Source of the DNA: Candidatus Uhrbacteria bacterium RIFCSPHIGHO2_12_FULL_60_25
Lineage (GTDB): Bacteria > Patescibacteriota > Patescibacteriia > 2-12-FULL-60-25
NCBI GenBank assembly: GCA_001791275.1
Contig: MGEH01000024.1
Coordinates: 11,097 to 75,096 of the forward strand
Direction: 5' to 3'
DNA length: 64,000 nt
This document shows positions 60,031-64,000 of this stretch, piece after piece. Both the position numbers and the translations under genes were made by a program. Each line of letters begins with the position of its first letter. The stretch's first letter is position 1. The notes below the pieces were generated by a model. It was not told the origin of the DNA and made no database searches. It saw only the letters and a list, made by a program, of their open reading frames with translations.

Positions 60031-61935
60031 CTACATCGACGGGCGTCCGTAGCGCGAGAGCCAGATGGAGAGCGCAAGCAGCATCCAGAGCCGATTCCCG
60101 TGATTCGTGCCGCGCGTATTTTCGTCGAACAGGCGCTGGACGGCCGGGAGCTGCACGTACGCCGCGAGCGGCCCTTTCGGGTCGATGCACCGTTCGCGCC
60201 AATAGCCATTCAGAGGGCCCCGGAACCAGTCTGCGAGCGGCACCTGGAATCCACGCTTTTTTCGGCTCAACACAGCGCTGGGAACGATGCCACGCAAAGC
60301 GCGTTTCAGTGCGACTTTCGTCTTACCATGATGCACCTTCTCGTTCAACGGGAGGCGGAGCGCGTAGGCCACGAGGTACTGGTCCAAAAACGGGGCGCGC
60401 GCTTCCAGCCCATACGCCATGGTGGCGCGATCCATCTTCACGTTCAGATCGTCGGGAAGATAGCTCATGAGATCGAAACGCAAGGCGCGAGCCAATGGCT
60501 CGCCGTCAGTCCCCATCTGCTTCGCGATGAACGCCGCGGGGTCATCGCCAGACGTCTGCTCTAAAAAATCGTGATGGAAGACCCCGGCCGCCTGCGTTGA
60601 TGAGAAGTATGAACCGCAGAAGAGCTCGGCATAGGCGCGATTCGGATCGCGCTTTGCCCAAGGCGCCGCATCGGCCACGCGGATGAATCGCGGATCATTG
60701 AACTCCGTACCGACGATGCGCGCGAGCGGCGGAGCGATGCTCCGGAACCCCGGAATCGCGGCGAGGCGGAGCGCGCGATCAAACGCGACGTACCTTCGAT
60801 ACCCGCCGAACGTCTCATCTCCTCCGTCCCCCGTGAGCACCACCTTGATCTGCTGCGACGCTTGCTCCGAAAGAAGCATGAGCGGCAGCGATGACGAGTC
60901 CGCGTACGGCGCGTCGTACTGATTGATGACGTACTCGGCGACGCGGGCGAGATCGTCCGGTTTCGCTTCGAACTCGAGGTGATCCGTATGGAATGCCGTC
61001 GCGATCTCGCGCGCCTCCGCGCGTTCGTCCATGCCGATATTCGGGAATCCCATCGTAAATGTACGCAATGGACGGTCGAGATGCTTTACGGCCAACGCGA
61101 CGACAGCCGCGGAGTCCACGCCTCCCGAGAGAAACGCGCCAACGGGGACATCCGCCTGCAATCGAATCTTCACGGCGTCATCAAGAAGCGACACGATGTC
61201 ACGCGATACGTCGCCGCTCGCGCTGACCGGGATGCTGGCCCAGTCGTGGTACGACTCGATGCGCACGCCGTTCGCATCCGCGTATCCGCGGTGACCCTGC
61301 GGAACGCCGACGATTTCCCGGAATCCCGTGCGCGGCGGCGGCACGTACTGCAGTCCGATGAATTGGCGCAACGCCGCGGGATCGATCGTGACAGGTTCAA
61401 GCGGGATGAGCGCCTTGAGCTCGGATGCGAACGCGAACGATCCGTTTGTGAGGACGCGGTAAAAAAACGGCTTCTTCCCGATCCGGTCGCGCGCGAAGAA
61501 GAGACGGCGCGTCGTGGCGTCCCAGATCACGAACGCGAACATCCCGCGAAGGCGTTTCACGGAGTCCTCTCCCCAGCGACGGTACGCTTCGAGGATCACC
61601 TCGGTGTCTGACGTCGATCGAAATGTCGAGCCGAGCCGTGAGAGCTCCTCACGCAACTCGCGGAAGTTATAAATTTCGCCGTTGTAGACTATGGTGAATC
61701 TTCCATCCGGCGCCTGCCCTCCGAAGCCCGAAGGGCGTAGGAGGGTCATCGGTTGCGCGGCGAGTGGCGACAAGTCCACGATGGCGAGCCGTCGGTGGCC
61801 CAAACCGACGCCTGGCTTGATCCAGACTCCCTCACCATCACGTCCGCGGTACGGGATCGCATCCATCATGCGCCGAATCAACCCCTCGTCCGGAGGAGAT
61901 CCGTCGCGCGTGACGATACCTGCAATGCCGCACAT
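60031..61935 (-). CDS. Asparagine synthase (glutamine-hydrolysing)-family amidotransferase, copy 2
   Basis: Start taken at MCGIAGIV (61935). [13 protein letters not shown]-loop. Confidence 0.92.
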   Translation of the reverse strand: MCGIAGIVTRDGSPPDEGLIRRMMDAIPYRGRDGEGVWIKPGVGLGHRRLAIVDLSPLAAQPMTLLRPSGFGGQAPDGRFTIVYNGEIYNFRELREELSRLGSTFRSTSDTEVILEAYRRWGEDSVKRLRGMFAFVIWDATTRRLFFARDRIGKKPFFYRVLTNGSFAFASELKALIPLEPVTIDPAALRQFIGLQYVPPPRTGFREIVGVPQGHRGYADANGVRIESYHDWASIPVSASGDVSRDIVSLLDDAVKIRLQADVPVGAFLSGGVDSAAVVALAVKHLDRPLRTFTMGFPNIGMDERAEAREIATAFHTDHLEFEAKPDDLARVAEYVINQYDAPYADSSSLPLMLLSEQASQQIKVVLTGDGGDETFGGYRRYVAFDRALRLAAIPGFRSIAPPLARIVGTEFNDPRFIRVADAAPWAKRDPNRAYAELFCGSYFSSTQAAGVFHHDFLEQTSGDDPAAFIAKQMGTDGEPLARALRFDLMSYLPDDLNVKMDRATMAYGLEARAPFLDQYLVAYALRLPLNEKVHHGKTKVALKRALRGIVPSAVLSRKKRGFQVPLADWFRGPLNGYWRERCIDPKGPLAAYVQLPAVQRLFDENTRGTNHGNRLWMLLALSIWLSRYGRPSM

Positions 61936-61943
61936 ATAGATAA

Positions 61944-62004
61944 GTGCTTGGGTGCTTGAGTGCGAGAGACCCTCGTGCACTCAAGCACTCAAGCACTCAA
62001 GCAC
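61944..62004. promoter_or_regulatory. Palindrome of octamer arrays (TTGAGTGC-type x2.5 / GCACTCAA x3.5) in a divergent promoter region
   Basis: 61944-61963 = GTGC TTGGGTGC TTGAGTGC. 61977-62004 = GCACTCAA GCACTCAA GCACTCAA GCAC. Lies between the divergent starts at 61935 (-) and 62055 (+). Confidence 0.5.
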
Positions 62005-62054
62005 ATTATCCGTAGTTGCTATTTGTGACGAACCTCTCTACTCTAGCCTCAACC

Positions 62055-63242
62055 ATGGGAAATTCCAAGCGTCTCCTCATCGTCGTGACCCAGGCAGAAT
62101 GGGGTGGCGTTCAGGGCTATGTTGCGCGCTGCGCCGCGGAGGCGAAACGACGCGGATTCGAGGTGCTTGTCGCCGCGGGAGGGACAGGCGAGCTTGAGTC
62201 CCGTTGTCTCAATAACGGCATCCCCTATCGCCGCCTGTCACGGCTTCGACGAGACATCTCACCCTTCGCGGACGTATCTGCAATCCGGGAGCTCGTCGCG
62301 CTCATGCGAGAGTGGCGACCGGACGTTGTGTACCTCCACAGCTCAAAAGCTGGCATCATCGGGAGCATTGCCGCGCGCATCGCAAAGGTCCCGCGCGTCG
62401 TGTACCGCATCGGCGGGTGGTCGTTTCTGGACCCGGTCTCGCCGTTGCAAAAGATCATCCGACGCTGGAGCGAGAAACTGACCGCGGGAATGAAAGACGT
62501 CATCATCACGGTCCACCCCGGAGACGAGGAGCTCGCGCGACGCGTGGGCATCCGGCCGCGCGAGGCGCTCGTAACCGTTGCAAATGGGATTGACCTCAAT
62601 GCGTTCGACGCAAACCTGCTGTCTCGCGATGATGCACGCGCACTACTGCGCGGACTCTGGCGCGAGGGTGTCCCTTCCCACGCGTCCATGGATGAACACG
62701 ATCAACTTGTCCTGACCGTGGCAAATTTTTATCCTGCAAAAAACCTGATCGGATATCTGGATGCGGTGAAGCTCATCAACAAAGAACGACCACGGACTCG
62801 TTTCCTGATCATCGGCGACGGAGAGAGTCGGACCCAGCTCCAGACAGAACGTGCAGCGCTTGGTCTCGACGCGATCGTCTCCCTCCCAGGTAAACGCGAC
62901 GACGCGGCATCACTCCTCCAAGGCGCCGACGCCTTCGTCCTGCCGTCGGTCAAGGAAGGAATGTCATGGGCCGTCCTCGAAGCCATGGCCGCGTCACTCC
63001 CATGCGTTGTGACGGACGTGGGCGCGAACCGATGGATGGCGGAAGACGCGTGCGCCGTGGTCCCTCCGCGCGACCACCAGGCGCTCGCGCATGCGATCCT
63101 TCGGCTCCTCGACGACAAAACCGCCGCGGACAGGTCGGGAGCGCGAGCGCGAAACGTCATCGAACGACGATTCACGGATCGCGCGATGTGGGATGCAACG
63201 TTCAACGCACTCTTACCGCCTGGGACCACTGCCGCCGTTTGA
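62055..63242 (+). CDS. GT4 glycosyltransferase
   Basis: Start taken at MGNSKRLLIVVTQAEWGGVQGYV. EGMSWAVLEAMAASLPCVVTDVG. Confidence 0.9.
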   Translation: MGNSKRLLIVVTQAEWGGVQGYVARCAAEAKRRGFEVLVAAGGTGELESRCLNNGIPYRRLSRLRRDISPFADVSAIRELVALMREWRPDVVYLHSSKAGIIGSIAARIAKVPRVVYRIGGWSFLDPVSPLQKIIRRWSEKLTAGMKDVIITVHPGDEELARRVGIRPREALVTVANGIDLNAFDANLLSRDDARALLRGLWREGVPSHASMDEHDQLVLTVANFYPAKNLIGYLDAVKLINKERPRTRFLIIGDGESRTQLQTERAALGLDAIVSLPGKRDDAASLLQGADAFVLPSVKEGMSWAVLEAMAASLPCVVTDVGANRWMAEDACAVVPPRDHQALAHAILRLLDDKTAADRSGARARNVIERRFTDRAMWDATFNALLPPGTTAAV

Positions 63243-64000
63243 AACGGGTGCCGTCGGTGGCGCGGGAGTTTCGCTCGTTGTCGAACTCGTCGGTACGGAC
63301 GACTCGACCGGTGGATTGATCTCGATCGCGATCGGTGTCATGTCAATCGAGGCGTCGATGGAGGTCGCGTTCCCCTTGCGGAGCGCGTCGAGTTTGGGGG
63401 CGATGCTCGGATCGACTTGTTGCAGTGCGTTTAAGATGAGGTTCCGTTCTTGGAGGAGACCCATCCGCTCCATGATCCGTGCGATATCGAGATACATGGA
63501 CGAACTTCCGCCGCCGAGCGTAGGAAGCATCGGAACGACCGATTTCAGGGTCTCCGGGTCGTTCTTCATCTCCGCCGCCTGCGCCAGGATGAGGGCGTCC
63601 CTCACGCTCCGCAGGGGGTATTTGGACTTCGCTTTGACCGCCTCGAGGATCGCCTCCGCGCCCTCGTCCGGCTTGCCGAGGTCGAACCATGCGGTCACGC
63701 CCACGTACCACCAGCTCTCGCCGATGTTCCGGTTGAATTCGAGCGCCTGTTTCAACACGTCGAGCGACTCCTCCTTCCGGCCGAGCAGGGAGTACATGCG
63801 CGACAGGCTGTAGTAGAGCTGCTGCCGCTTCGGTGACGTTTCGATCGCCGCCCGGTACTCACGCTCCGCCAGTGCGATTTCTTTCGCCTGCTCTTCGGGA
63901 GGAATGAGCGGCAACACCTCATTCACCAGCCGCGCGTAGATGAAGTGCGTATGCGTGTTCCGTGGATGTTGCGCCACGAATGTCTCCGTTATTTTCTTCG
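63213..64000 (-). CDS. TPR-repeat protein, C-terminal part (gene continues beyond the right edge)
   Basis: The reading frame is open from 63213 to the window edge, with no stop upstream of the GTG at 63975-63977. TPR-like helical repeats (YYSLSRMYSLLGRKEESLDVLKQALEF). Low-complexity P/S/T-rich tail. Confidence 0.75.
   Translation of the reverse strand, partial: KKITETFVAQHPRNTHTHFIYARLVNEVLPLIPPEEQAKEIALAEREYRAAIETSPKRQQLYYSLSRMYSLLGRKEESLDVLKQALEFNRNIGESWWYVGVTAWFDLGKPDEGAEAILEAVKAKSKYPLRSVRDALILAQAAEMKNDPETLKSVVPMLPTLGGGSSSMYLDIARIMERMGLLQERNLILNALQQVDPSIAPKLDALRKGNATSIDASIDMTPIAIEINPPVESSVPTSSTTSETPAPPTAPVSNGGSGPRR

Noticed and set aside
1-64000. An alternative genetic code (UGA recoding, as in some uncultivated lineages), or the presence of mobile-element, defence, rRNA or tRNA genes.
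   Set aside because: TGA clearly terminates many motif-complete genes, including in the ATGA overlaps. None of the listed ORFs shows transposase, integrase, Cas, restriction or toxin motifs that I can recognise. No tRNA-like or rRNA-like segments were seen in the few short intergenic gaps.

Overview
High-GC bacterial DNA: sampled backbone lines are about 65-68% GC, and embedded cassettes fall to about 33-45%. The standard genetic code applies, since TGA is used as a stop and there are at least ten ATGA/GTGA start-stop overlaps. GGAGG-type ribosome-binding sites are visible. I found no rRNA, tRNA, CRISPR array, transposase or integrase. Taxon cannot be assigned from the sequence alone.

Nearly the whole 64 kb is one cell-envelope glycan super-cluster of about 55 tightly packed genes in alternating-strand operons:
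- an initiating polyprenyl-phosphate sugar transferase, a Wzx-like flippase and a GtrA-family protein;
- about 8 GT2, about 7 GT4/GT-B and about 6 GT-C-like polytopic membrane proteins;
- nucleotide-sugar pathways: gmd, two UDP-xylose-synthase-like SDRs, heptose-nucleotide genes, WbpB/E/D-like genes, two WecB 2-epimerases, two AsnB-like amidotransferases, an N-formyltransferase, a ColD-like His-variant PLP enzyme, methyltransferases, a radical SAM enzyme and a fused E1 alpha-beta ThDP enzyme.

Most unusual observations:
1. A dispersed family of 7-nt-periodic tandem tracts (GGGAACC/GGTTCCC and relatives) lies in-frame inside several glycosylation genes. One of them forms a 104-nt hairpin at a gene start.
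2. Inverted short-tandem-repeat palindromes abut the start codons of minus-strand genes in two divergent promoter regions.
3. Three paralogues of an unnamed 620-690 aa polytopic membrane protein carry GT-C-like hallmarks. Two of them are coupled to GT2 polyprenyl-P-sugar-synthase-like genes.
4. Several unusual domain fusions occur: GmhB-kinase, E1 alpha-beta, FemAB-like-DegT and GT4-GT-C.
5. AT-rich cassettes are present, one bordered by a truncated gene remnant.

All functional calls rest on motifs I recognised by eye; no searches were run.
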